Shown here: piece after piece, positions 53,420-63,094 of the stretch | Position numbering within the stretch: position 1 is the stretch's first letter | Layout: each line of letters opens with the position of its first letter | Assembly (NCBI GenBank): GCA_963758915.1 | Contig: CAVWXH010000016.1 | Span: forward strand, 64,001 to 128,000 | From: an uncultured Methanomicrobiales archaeon | Lineage (GTDB): Archaea; Halobacteriota; Methanomicrobia; Methanomicrobiales; Methanospirillaceae | Reading direction: 5' to 3' | DNA: 64,000 nt | Notes under the pieces: generated by a model | Seen by the model: only the letters and a program-made list of their open reading frames with translations | What the model was told of the DNA's origin: nothing | Database searches by the model: none | Position numbers and translations under genes: made by a program

Positions 53420-54373
53420 ATGGCAGAAAACAGCCCGGATTTGGAAGGAAAAATTGGTTACGTTGTCCTTGGGGCAACAAAGGAAGAAGGCGGTACGAGG
53501 TCTGTTTCATACCGCCTCGGTGGTGAATCAGATCTACCTTTCATAGGGATGAACACATCAGCAGGTTCGATCCCGCTTGTGGCGTTTGAAATCTGTGATG
53601 ACGCTTCGTACTGGTCCCCGATAGTTACTTCGTATATTGGTGATCTCGCAACTGATACCCCGGAATGGGCAACTGCAGCCGAAAAACAATACGGAGCAGA
53701 CCTTGTCCGGCTATACCTGACCAGTACGAAACGCCGTGGATTCGACGATTTCCCTTCAATTTCAAAGGTAACTGATGAGGTACTATCCGGCACGGGGCTT
53801 CCACTCGTCGTGGAAGGGAGTAATGAACCGGCAATCGACTCAGAGATATTCCAGCGGTGCGGTGAGGCCGGGCAGGGCGAACGCCTGCTCCTTGGTACTG
53901 CCGAGGCAGGGAGGTACCGCAGTGTTGCCGCTGCAGCGATGGCCTACAATCATTCCGTGGTTGCACAATCTCCAATTGACATCAACCTCGCGAAACAGCT
54001 CAATATCCTCCTCCGTGAAATCGGCCTGAAATCGGACCATATTATGATTGACCCGTATACGGGGTCACTCGGATACGGGTTTGAGTATTCCTATTCAGTA
54101 ATGGAACGGATACGCTATGCTGCGTTAAAGGGTGATAATGACCTTTCCATGCCGATGATTGCCTCGGCCACGGACTCCCTCAGCGTAAAAGAAGTCCGGG
54201 AGGCAGATGCCGCGATCAGGGACGATATAGCCGTTGCATGGGAATTTTATGCAGCACTCTCCTCGGCAGTTGCCGGGGCGTCCATCGTTTGTGTACGGCA
54301 CCCAAAGACGGTTCCCCTGCTGAAACAGGCCTTCCGCGAATTATGGGCTGGAAAAAAGCCCGGGGGGGCCTGA
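53420..54373 (+). CDS. acsD: Corrinoid Fe-S protein small subunit (AcsD/CdhD)
   Basis: LGATKEEGGTR, SPIDINLAKQLN, DPYTGSLGYGFEYSYSVMERIR and RHP motifs. Confidence 0.93.
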   Translation: MAENSPDLEGKIGYVVLGATKEEGGTRSVSYRLGGESDLPFIGMNTSAGSIPLVAFEICDDASYWSPIVTSYIGDLATDTPEWATAAEKQYGADLVRLYLTSTKRRGFDDFPSISKVTDEVLSGTGLPLVVEGSNEPAIDSEIFQRCGEAGQGERLLLGTAEAGRYRSVAAAAMAYNHSVVAQSPIDINLAKQLNILLREIGLKSDHIMIDPYTGSLGYGFEYSYSVMERIRYAALKGDNDLSMPMIASATDSLSVKEVREADAAIRDDIAVAWEFYAALSSAVAGASIVCVRHPKTVPLLKQAFRELWAGKKPGGA

Positions 54374-54377
54374 AACC

Positions 54378-55715
54378 ATGGCACTAAAAGCCCTTGATAT
54401 TTACAAGCTACTGCCTAAAAAGAACTGCAAAGAGTGCGGGGACCCGACATGCCTTACCTTCGCAATGAAACTCGCCAGCGGTAAGGGTGATATTGATAAA
54501 TGCCCCTATCTGGACCTCAATGCGAAAAATATTCTTGGTGCGTCAACACGCCCGCCGATCCAGCTGGTGAAAATCGGGGTTGGAGAACGGAGGTTTGCAG
54601 TTGGAGAGGAATTCGTGGTCTTCCGCCATGAAAAAACGTTTTATCACCCGCCGGGAATCATGTTCCAGGTATCTGACCTCTGGCCCGCTGAAAAAATTGA
54701 ATCTGTGACAAGGAGAGCAGGGTCAGAACATTTTGTCAGGGTAGGGACCGATTTAACCTTTTCGGGAGTCGCAATAACGAATGAAAGCAGAGACCCGGAT
54801 GTATTTGCAAAGGCTGTGGGCGTTGTTGAGGCAACAGGGACGCATATTCCCGAAGTATTAATGGCGGCGGACCCTGCGGTACAGGAAGAAGGCCTTAATA
54901 AATGCGGAAATTTCCGCCCTCTTATCTACTCAGCCACGAAAGACACGTACAAACCAATGTGTGCCCTTGCGAAGAAATTCGGGTCCCCGCTTGTTGTAAG
55001 TGCAAAAGACCTTGAATCGCTGGGTGAGATGACAAAACTCTGTAATGCAGAAGGTATAACCGACCTGCTTCTTGACCTGTCGTTCCCCTCACTCCGGGAC
55101 TATATCCCTGCAGCAACCGAAATCCGGCAGAAATCGATCTCGCGGTCAGCGCCAGAACTTGGTTATCCCATCTTCCTAGATACAACACGGTACGGGATGC
55201 AGGAAACGGCGCTTGTCCTGGGAATTGACAAATATGCAGGAGTGATCGTGACCCCGGCACTTGGACCTGCACCATCAGTAGCGGCACTTACCCTGCGCCA
55301 GAATATTTATACCGACCCCCAGAAACCAATACAGATGAACCCGGGGATATATCCGGTTGGTAACCCGGGAAAAGAGTCACCGGTACTGCTTACGGTAAAC
55401 TTTTCGCTGACCTACTTCACCGTTCAGGGGTACCTTGAGTCAAGCCGGATTCCCTGTTACATGTTCATCGTCGACACCGAGGGGTTGTCTGTACTTACTG
55501 CGGTTGCAGCGGGAAAGCTGAATGAGACACTTGTCCGTGACTCCATCAAAAAATTCGACCTCGAAAATCTCGTTTCACACCGCCGTCTGATTATTCCTGG
55601 CTATGCATCGCCGCTTTCCGGTAAGATCGAAGAGGAGACCGGCTGGAAGATCCTGGTAGGGCCACGTGATGCCGCAGAAATTGGCGACTACCTTGTAAAG
55701 GAGTGGAAAATCTAG
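54378..55715 (+). CDS. acsC: Corrinoid Fe-S protein large subunit (AcsC/CdhE)
   Basis: LPKKNCKECG.PTC..CP [4Fe-4S] motif, NIYTDPQKP, TVNFSLTYF and VGPRDA. Confidence 0.95.
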   Translation: MALKALDIYKLLPKKNCKECGDPTCLTFAMKLASGKGDIDKCPYLDLNAKNILGASTRPPIQLVKIGVGERRFAVGEEFVVFRHEKTFYHPPGIMFQVSDLWPAEKIESVTRRAGSEHFVRVGTDLTFSGVAITNESRDPDVFAKAVGVVEATGTHIPEVLMAADPAVQEEGLNKCGNFRPLIYSATKDTYKPMCALAKKFGSPLVVSAKDLESLGEMTKLCNAEGITDLLLDLSFPSLRDYIPAATEIRQKSISRSAPELGYPIFLDTTRYGMQETALVLGIDKYAGVIVTPALGPAPSVAALTLRQNIYTDPQKPIQMNPGIYPVGNPGKESPVLLTVNFSLTYFTVQGYLESSRIPCYMFIVDTEGLSVLTAVAAGKLNETLVRDSIKKFDLENLVSHRRLIIPGYASPLSGKIEEETGWKILVGPRDAAEIGDYLVKEWKI

Positions 55716-57632
55716 ATGGCCTCCATCACGTTCCTTCCCAGTTACCGGAAGATCACCGTGGACCCCGGGAGTACCATTCTTGATGCAATCCAGAAAGCCC
55801 AAATCCAGATGAATGTTGTCTGTGGCGGCCAGGGTAAGTGCGGAAAATGTATTGTCTACATAAAAAACGGTTTAGTAGATTTTGATCATGAAAAATTCGG
55901 AAAATTTTTTACTGCCGATGAACTGGACCAGGGTGCATGTCTTGCCTGCCAGGCTGTTGTCAGGGATGACCTCCATGTCATGATCCCTGAAAGTTCACTT
56001 ATCCAGCAGCAGAAAATCCTGATGGAATCGCTTGGTATTGAGACCCCTTTTCAGCCGTCTGTATGGAAATATTATGTTGAGCTCTCACCCCCGACACTTG
56101 AAGACCCGTCCCCTGACCTCACGCGGCTTGTATGGGGGGTCCAGAAACAGGGTGGACCCCTGGCAGAGAAAATGTATGCTCCCCTGGATGTCCTCCGGGG
56201 GATGCCCCGTGTCCTCCGTGACAGCGGGTGGAGGGTTACCGCAACCCTCGCACTTGTACCTGGCGGGTACCGGATTATTGATATTGAGAAGGGTGACACC
56301 AGAAAGGAACTCTACGGGGTTGCCATAGATCTCGGCACTACCACGGTTGTTGCATATATTCGTAGTCTTGTTGATGGGCATGTTGTCGGTATTGCATCAA
56401 ATTATAACCGCCAGATCAGCTGCGGAGAGGACATCCTGTCGAGGGTGAATTTCGCAAGAAAGAACGGGCTCCCCAAGTTACAGTCGCTTGCAGCCGAGAG
56501 TATCAACCTTGCAATCACCACTGCCGCGAATGGTGCCGGGATCGACAGGGAGGATATCTATGAGGTTGTCGTTGCCGGGAACACAATCATGACCCACATC
56601 CTCCTTGGTATTGACCCGGCGTACATGATCGAGGAGCCCTATGTCCCGGTAGTGAGGCGTTACCTGACCACCGCAGCACCGAGGCTAGGGATTGAGGTTG
56701 CGAAGGATGCTTCGGTCTTCTTATTTCCTGCCGTTTCTGATTTCATTGGTGGTGATATCATTGCTGATATCCTTGCGTCCGGTATGGGTGAACGGGATGA
56801 GATATCACTTCTTGTAGATATCGGAACAAATTTTGAGGTGGTACTTGGGAACCGTGACTGGATGTTCTCGTGTGCCGGGGCTGCAGGGCCTGCCCTTGAA
56901 GGTGGGGAGGTCCTCTTCGGGATGAGAGCGAACCCCGGTGCAATTGAACGCATCATGATAGATCCGGTAACGCTGGAGCCCCAATACCAGACCATAAACA
57001 GCATAAAACCGATGGGGATTTGTGGTTCCGGGCTTATCGACCTTCTTGCCGACCTTCTCAGGGCCTGCGTCGTGGACAGGACAGGGCGGATCAACACTGA
57101 AATTATCCATCCGCGTATCAGGCAGGGTACCCATTGCCCTGAATATGTGATTGCATGGAAACAGGAAAGTGGAAATAACAAGGATATTGTAATTACCGAG
57201 AATGATATCAAGAACCTGATCATGAGCAAGGCGTCAGTCCTCGCTGCATGCATTACTCTTATGAAACAGGCAGGAATTACGAGAAACGAGATATCAACTA
57301 TTTATTTTTCAGGGGCATTTGGAAATTATATCCACAAGGAACATGCGATCATGATCGGGCTTATTCCTGAGGTACCAGTGGAGCAGATTAAAAACATTGG
57401 GAACGGGGCCGTCGAGGGAGCAAATATGGCATTGATAAACCGGAAAAAGAGAAAAACACTTGATGAAATTGCAAGGAATATCGCCTATATCGAGCTGAAT
57501 GCCGAGTCGTCCTTTATGGATGAGTACACCGGCAGCTCGTTCCTTCCCCATACAGACCTCTCGTTATTCCCGGGGGTCCAGAAAATGCTCGATGAGTGCC
57601 GGTTGAAAAAAATTTCCCGGGGTGTACCATAA
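55716..57632 (+). CDS. acsV: ATP-dependent corrinoid reactivating protein (RACo/AcsV; ASKHA + 2Fe-2S)
   Basis: CGGQGKCGKC..CLAC, DLGTTT, DIGTN, AAGPALEG, GICGSG and SGAFG motifs. Confidence 0.92.
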   Translation: MASITFLPSYRKITVDPGSTILDAIQKAQIQMNVVCGGQGKCGKCIVYIKNGLVDFDHEKFGKFFTADELDQGACLACQAVVRDDLHVMIPESSLIQQQKILMESLGIETPFQPSVWKYYVELSPPTLEDPSPDLTRLVWGVQKQGGPLAEKMYAPLDVLRGMPRVLRDSGWRVTATLALVPGGYRIIDIEKGDTRKELYGVAIDLGTTTVVAYIRSLVDGHVVGIASNYNRQISCGEDILSRVNFARKNGLPKLQSLAAESINLAITTAANGAGIDREDIYEVVVAGNTIMTHILLGIDPAYMIEEPYVPVVRRYLTTAAPRLGIEVAKDASVFLFPAVSDFIGGDIIADILASGMGERDEISLLVDIGTNFEVVLGNRDWMFSCAGAAGPALEGGEVLFGMRANPGAIERIMIDPVTLEPQYQTINSIKPMGICGSGLIDLLADLLRACVVDRTGRINTEIIHPRIRQGTHCPEYVIAWKQESGNNKDIVITENDIKNLIMSKASVLAACITLMKQAGITRNEISTIYFSGAFGNYIHKEHAIMIGLIPEVPVEQIKNIGNGAVEGANMALINRKKRKTLDEIARNIAYIELNAESSFMDEYTGSSFLPHTDLSLFPGVQKMLDECRLKKISRGVP

Positions 57633-58666
57633 TGGCGGTTCACCTGGCATCGCCCGGCAGCCTGGCGACCGGTATAGGGAGTCTTCCGCATACCGACCCT
57701 GTACTGGCATGTAATGAGGTAGTAAGGATATTCCCGCAGCTACCATATGCCCCCTCACTTCCCAACAGGGGATTACTGGAAAATATTGTATTTTGTGATT
57801 CAGAACGCCTCCCTGGCAGGGTAATCAGGGAGGGAAGACTGCTTGTTGACCGGAAAGCGGATCTTTCGGGTGTAATGGAACAGATTTATCTTGATTACAT
57901 TGAAGGGAATTATTCCCCTTACGCAATAGCAACAGAATATGCCTCAGGCTTTCACGAATTTAAAAGGAGGAAATTTAATTCTCCGTTCGCCCTGAAATGC
58001 CAGGTCACGGGACCGGTGACGTTTGGCATGCAGGTTGTGGATGCAGAAAAACGGCCGGTCTATTATGACAGCCAGTACGCCGATGTCCTCTCGAAGCTGA
58101 TCGCACTCCGGGCCCGCTGGCTCGAACAGACACTGACCGGGGATACCGGGGTTGCGAATACCATTGTAATGGTGAACGAACCATATCTCGCAGCCCTTGG
58201 GTCATCGGTAGTCCCGATAGACATGGATTCTGTCAAATCAGGCTGGCATGATATCGCAGATCTGCTCCAGGGAAGCACAGGCATTCATTGCTGCAGTAAT
58301 ACCGACTGGAGTTTTATATTCTCGCTTGACCCGGGAATCGTATCATTTGATGCCTACGCGACGACGAAGGAATTTCTCCTGTACAGGGATGATCTTTTTT
58401 CCTACCTCGAACGGGGAGGGGTTGTTGCATGGGGTGTTGTACCTGCCGACAACCGTGTTTTTTCCTTGGAAACCCCGGAATCACTGTATGAGCGCTATAT
58501 GGGTATCAGAAAAGAGGTGACCTCGTATATCCCTGAAAAATTATTTGATGCCCAATCAATAATAACCCCAAGCTGTGGAATACGATTCGCAAATGAAACG
58601 GAATCCTGTAGTATTATGGAAACAGCTGCAATGATATCATCCCGTGTTCGGGGGGCATACAATTAA
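57632..58666 (+). CDS. Core (single-barrel) methylcobalamin-dependent methionine synthase, MesB-like
   Basis: ATGIGSLPH, KCQVTGPVTF, VNEPYL, Zn ligands GIHCC and TPSCG, SFDAY, AWGVVP; 344 aa; TAATG overlap with acsV. Confidence 0.75.
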   Translation: MAVHLASPGSLATGIGSLPHTDPVLACNEVVRIFPQLPYAPSLPNRGLLENIVFCDSERLPGRVIREGRLLVDRKADLSGVMEQIYLDYIEGNYSPYAIATEYASGFHEFKRRKFNSPFALKCQVTGPVTFGMQVVDAEKRPVYYDSQYADVLSKLIALRARWLEQTLTGDTGVANTIVMVNEPYLAALGSSVVPIDMDSVKSGWHDIADLLQGSTGIHCCSNTDWSFIFSLDPGIVSFDAYATTKEFLLYRDDLFSYLERGGVVAWGVVPADNRVFSLETPESLYERYMGIRKEVTSYIPEKLFDAQSIITPSCGIRFANETESCSIMETAAMISSRVRGAYN

Positions 58667-58724
58667 TGAACGATTATAGTAGTGTATTTTTTCTTTGCAG
58701 GCCGGAAAAAGGGAGGTGGTACAG

Positions 58725-59498
58725 ATGATCGTCCCGTATACCATTGCCGTAGCGGGGAAAGGGGGCACAGGGAAGACGACAATTAGTTCCCTGCTTGTGC
58801 GGGCACTTATCGGGCTTGGGAAAGCACCGGTGCTTGCGGTGGATGCTGACCCGAATGCAAATTTTCATGAAGCACTTGGCGTGGAGGTACTGGAAAACCT
58901 TGGCGGGATGCGCGAAGATGCATTCACGAAGAGTATTCCTGCCGGGATGACCCGCACCGATTATATTCGGTTCCGGTTTTACCAGGTCCTCGTTGAGGAC
59001 GATGGTTTTGACCTGATAGCGATGGGCAGGCCTGAAGGGACCGGCTGTTATTGTTTTGCAAATGACCTCCTTAAAACGTGTATGCGTCTGTTAGAGCGTG
59101 ATTACCAGTTTATCATTATAGATTCAGAGGCGGGGATGGAACATATCAGCAGGGGGACTATTGGTATACCTGACCTCCTCCTGATCGTGAGTGACCCGGG
59201 TGCACGGGGTCTCCGTACAGCCTCCAGGATAATCGATATTGCCCTGGACCTTGGTATCAGCCGTTCTGCCATGCACCTGGTTTTTAACCGGTATAAAAGT
59301 GGCGTAGCCCCGGCCGGGGCTTTTCAGGACCCCCCTATCGCGGTGGTCCCCTACGATCCTGCCGTAGAAGCTGCTGACCTTGAGGCATCACCGGTGTCCC
59401 TGATACCTGGTGGGAGTCCTGCAAGAGAAGCGGTGGAGGAATTGGCTGTTAAACTGATTGGATTTGCAGATAAAAAGGAAAGCGAAAGGGTGAAATAA
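58725..59498 (+). CDS. cooC: CooC/AcsF nickel-insertion ATPase
   Basis: GKGGTGKTT, DADP, GCYC and DSEAGMEHISRG motifs. Confidence 0.92.
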   Translation: MIVPYTIAVAGKGGTGKTTISSLLVRALIGLGKAPVLAVDADPNANFHEALGVEVLENLGGMREDAFTKSIPAGMTRTDYIRFRFYQVLVEDDGFDLIAMGRPEGTGCYCFANDLLKTCMRLLERDYQFIIIDSEAGMEHISRGTIGIPDLLLIVSDPGARGLRTASRIIDIALDLGISRSAMHLVFNRYKSGVAPAGAFQDPPIAVVPYDPAVEAADLEASPVSLIPGGSPAREAVEELAVKLIGFADKKESERVK

Positions 59499-59660
59499 CT
59501 CAAACCAGAGTATTTTTCGAATGGCGGGCCATCTGGGATGGTTTCGTACCGGGCCGCTTTTTACTCCTGACCTGGAGCAGGTGATACGTGCCTCATTGCC
59601 GGGGGCTGTGGTTAGTGACCGTAGCAAATCCATAAAATAGAACGGAATCATACGATTGGT

Positions 59661-60372
59661 ATGGAATCCTCTGAGCGGGAAGATTATCTTGAAGCAGTAC
59701 CTGGTGAGGCATCTTGCTGCACAGGGCACTCCTACTGCAAAAGATATTGCACAAGATCTGTCCCTTGGGGAGGATACCACATCAGCGGACTTAAAAACCC
59801 TTGGAATAGAGGGTGACCTTGTTTTCGATGAAAAAGGGGCAGTCAGTCTTACGGATCAGGGACGCAGCATAGCAGAACGCGTACTGAAAAAACATCGTGT
59901 ACTGCAATGTTTCCTCGGTGAGATCCTCGGGATGGATGAGGATGCAGCATCGGATGAGGCATGTATACTGGAGCATTCCATATCCGATACAGCCATCAAC
60001 CGGATAGGAAATTACGTGAATAAAACCGGACCCCGGAATAAATCCTCCTGTCAGAGGCTGATGAATAATTATCTTCTTAACCCCCCGTCTTCTGGTACAC
60101 TACCCCGGGTACCGGAGGTCTCACCAGCTGGATCATCCCCTGCCCCGGTATGCAGTTCTCTCATCGATGCAATGGAATCCATACCCCTGACGGTCATGGG
60201 AATCACGGGTGGAGAGTATCTCCACCGGCTGATCGACCTCGGGGTAATTCCCGGGGAAGTAGTTATTTTAAGGCGAAGACTGCACAACAACGCAGTTGTC
60301 CTCCAGGTTAAGGAATGTGACATCGCGTTATCACCTGAGATCGCAGGGACTATTCTCGTGGAGAAACTGTAA
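59661..60372 (+). CDS. DtxR/MntR-family metal-dependent repressor with C-terminal FeoA domain (+1 indel at ~59700)
   Basis: MESSEREDYLEAV in one frame joins LVRHLAAQG..; KKHRVLQCFL, EACILEH and RLIDLGVIPG motifs. Confidence 0.85.
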
Positions 60373-62223
60373 ATGAAGATCGGGCTTATTGGAAACCCCA
60401 ATGTCGGGAAATCCCTGATCTTCAACCAGTTGACCGGGCTCGGTGTTGAGGTAAGTAATTATCCCGGTACAACAGTCGGACTTGAAAAGGGACATGTCTG
60501 CTACCAGCGTGAAAAATTTGAAATCTGTGACCTCCCCGGCATTTATTCGCTTGACGGGGATTCAGATGAAGAAAAACTTGTCAATGGCATGCTGGAACGC
60601 CATGAACTTGACCTGGTAATTGCGATACTGGATGCAGTCCACCTTGAAAGAAACCTGTACCTGTTTCTCCAGGTGGCGGAATATGGCCTGCCGATGCTGG
60701 TTGTCCTGAATATGGCGGACGAGGCAGAAAAATTTGGTATATCGGTAGACTCATCAGAACTATCGATAATTCTTGGTTGCCCGGTTATTATGACCGCAGC
60801 AATCCATGGAAGGGGCACTGGCCAGATCCTCCCTGCTGCGCTCAGTTCTGCCTGCCCTGCAACCGTTATCGTTGCGTATGACCACCACATCGAGGCTGCA
60901 GTCAGAAGCATTATGGGTAACTTCCCTGTCTCAAGACCGGTTGCCATCCGGTCACTCGAAGGGATCGGGCCAGATAAGGAAATGCTTGATTCATCTGCGG
61001 CAATAGCAAACGAGATAGAAAACCGGCACAAGATGTCCCCGCGCCAGATTATTTCAGCAAACCGTCACCATTTCGCGGAACAACTGGCAGACCGGGTGAT
61101 TACTACCAGGCTGAAAAAACCAGCGTTCGACCTGGACCGGCTTCTTACAAAGAGTATACCCGGCATCCCTATTATGGCCGCCATACTTATCGGGATCCTG
61201 GTCGTGGTATTTACCATAGGTTCATGGCTTGAAGGAATTATTGTTGCTTTCTTTACCACCTACCTGGTCGCACCACTCCTTTCGCTCAGCCTGCCACCGC
61301 TCCTTTTACAGGTATCAATTTCCGTATTACTTGGAATTCAGGCAGGGATTGGCATCGCATTGCCTTTCATTTTTACGTTCTATATCTTCATATCAATATT
61401 AGAGGACTCAGGCTACCTGACCCGGGCGGCCTTCCTGGCAGACCAGGCAATGCACAGGATCGGCATGCACGGCCAGGCAATAATTCCGCTTATACTTGGA
61501 TTCGGCTGTACTGTGCCTGCGGTGATGAGCATCCGGCTCCTCGCATCGCGCCGTGAGCGTTTTATTGCCTCATTTCTCGTGACCATGATCCCGTGCTCAG
61601 CCCGGACAGTGATTATCGCCGGGGTCGTCGCAACCTTTGTTGGTATCTGGTGGGCACTTTCAATTTACCTTATCGTGTTTATTCTTGTCGTGTTTACCGG
61701 GCTGTTTCTCTCCCGGATAACCCCGGGAGAACGATTCGGTATGATCATGGAGATGGCGCCGCTCCGGGCACCGCAGGCCGGTAACGTGGTGAAAAAATCA
61801 TGGGGAAAAATTTCTGAATTTCTCATCATTGCGATGCCCCTGCTGATAATCAGCAGTGTAATACTCGGGTTGCTGCAGTATTATGGCGTGATTACTGCAT
61901 TTACGAATTTTATCGAGCCATTTTCAACAATGGTGCTCGGGCTTCCTGCCTACGCAACAACGGCCCTGATGTTCGGGATCCTCCGAAAGGAGATGGCACT
62001 CGGGGCATTGGTTGTCCTTGCCGGTACCCCTGCACTGGATACGGTAATGACCCAGGTCCAGCTGTATACCTGGGCTATCATCAGCGTACTGTTTGTCCCG
62101 TGTATTTCCACGATTGCCGTGCTCTACCGGCAGATGGGGTTAAAGACGGTTGTCCTGGTGACGATGTACACGTTGATTCTCGGGCTGGCAATCGGAGCTG
62201 GTATCCACCTGGCGTTCCCCTGA
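60373..62223 (+). CDS. feoB: Ferrous iron transport protein B
   Basis: GNPNVGKS, NYPGTT, DLPG, NMAD, EDSGYL and GFGCTVPA motifs. Confidence 0.96.
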   Translation: MKIGLIGNPNVGKSLIFNQLTGLGVEVSNYPGTTVGLEKGHVCYQREKFEICDLPGIYSLDGDSDEEKLVNGMLERHELDLVIAILDAVHLERNLYLFLQVAEYGLPMLVVLNMADEAEKFGISVDSSELSIILGCPVIMTAAIHGRGTGQILPAALSSACPATVIVAYDHHIEAAVRSIMGNFPVSRPVAIRSLEGIGPDKEMLDSSAAIANEIENRHKMSPRQIISANRHHFAEQLADRVITTRLKKPAFDLDRLLTKSIPGIPIMAAILIGILVVVFTIGSWLEGIIVAFFTTYLVAPLLSLSLPPLLLQVSISVLLGIQAGIGIALPFIFTFYIFISILEDSGYLTRAAFLADQAMHRIGMHGQAIIPLILGFGCTVPAVMSIRLLASRRERFIASFLVTMIPCSARTVIIAGVVATFVGIWWALSIYLIVFILVVFTGLFLSRITPGERFGMIMEMAPLRAPQAGNVVKKSWGKISEFLIIAMPLLIISSVILGLLQYYGVITAFTNFIEPFSTMVLGLPAYATTALMFGILRKEMALGALVVLAGTPALDTVMTQVQLYTWAIISVLFVPCISTIAVLYRQMGLKTVVLVTMYTLILGLAIGAGIHLAFP

Positions 62224-62379
62224 TTTCCAGGGACTCACCTGATCTTTTATAACCCTGCAAATCTGAAAAAACGGTGGCATATAAACAAATAAATCAGGGA
62301 TTATTCCCATTTTTGGGATATAAAGTCTTAAGATTCCAATAACGGCAATAACGGTTTCTGACGATGAGCTGGAAAAAAA

Positions 62380-62685
62380 TTACATTTTGGTGACTTTATC
62401 CATTTTCAGCACTTTCTTTGCGACAATAAAGACGACCAGTGCGACAATGATAAAGTAAATCAGATCTGAAAGGAACGGGCCCCAGCCGATTACCATTGGC
62501 CCAATGATAACTGTTGCGGTTTTCCAGGCCCCTCCGGGAATTAACACCGCGATAACAGGCATAACCAGGTTATCTACAAAAGACTTTACGAGGGCTGATG
62601 CGGCGACACCGATTATGAAGGCAATTGCGAGGCCTATAATCTTATATTCCTGGAGAAATTCCATAAACTCTGACATAAAACCCAT
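62380..62685 (-). CDS. mscL: Large-conductance mechanosensitive channel (short form)
   Basis: EFMEFL..IIGLAIAFIIG..LVKSFVDNLVMP motif. Confidence 0.9.
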   Translation of the reverse strand: MGFMSEFMEFLQEYKIIGLAIAFIIGVAASALVKSFVDNLVMPVIAVLIPGGAWKTATVIIGPMVIGWGPFLSDLIYFIIVALVVFIVAKKVLKMDKVTKM

Positions 62686-62985
62686 GTTTTTTCACATCCT
62701 CTTTAAAAAAGTATGTATCAGTTTTTGTATATAATAACAATTCGGTAGTTCTTACCAACGGATCTTTGGTAATCCTGTTCCGGAATCAATGAACTGTAAC
62801 AGGCAGAAAAATATGGCCCTGATATGTGGTGGATACATTGGCAAACAGCACCATAACCCTGTCTTCCAGCACCTGAACTCTCTCCCATGAACAGGTATAG
62901 GAGTTCTATACGTCCGTTTCATCTCGTAAAGGGCCGCGAAAAGAATTAACCCTTGCCCTGCAGAAACATGGATGAACGGGGAGTC

Positions 62986-63006
62986 CGATGTGTGTTTCAA
63001 CAAGGC
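62986..63006 (-). repeat. Orphan left terminal repeat of the MITE family
   Basis: Reverse complement gccttgttgaaacacacat matches 14090-14105; the downstream sequence differs. Confidence 0.5.
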
Positions 63007-63094
63007 GTGCTATTGGCCTATGGCTCATAGATGAGCATGAAAAAGGTGGCCTTTCAGATTGTTTTGCCGGGATTTTTCATATCAGCCTTAATCG

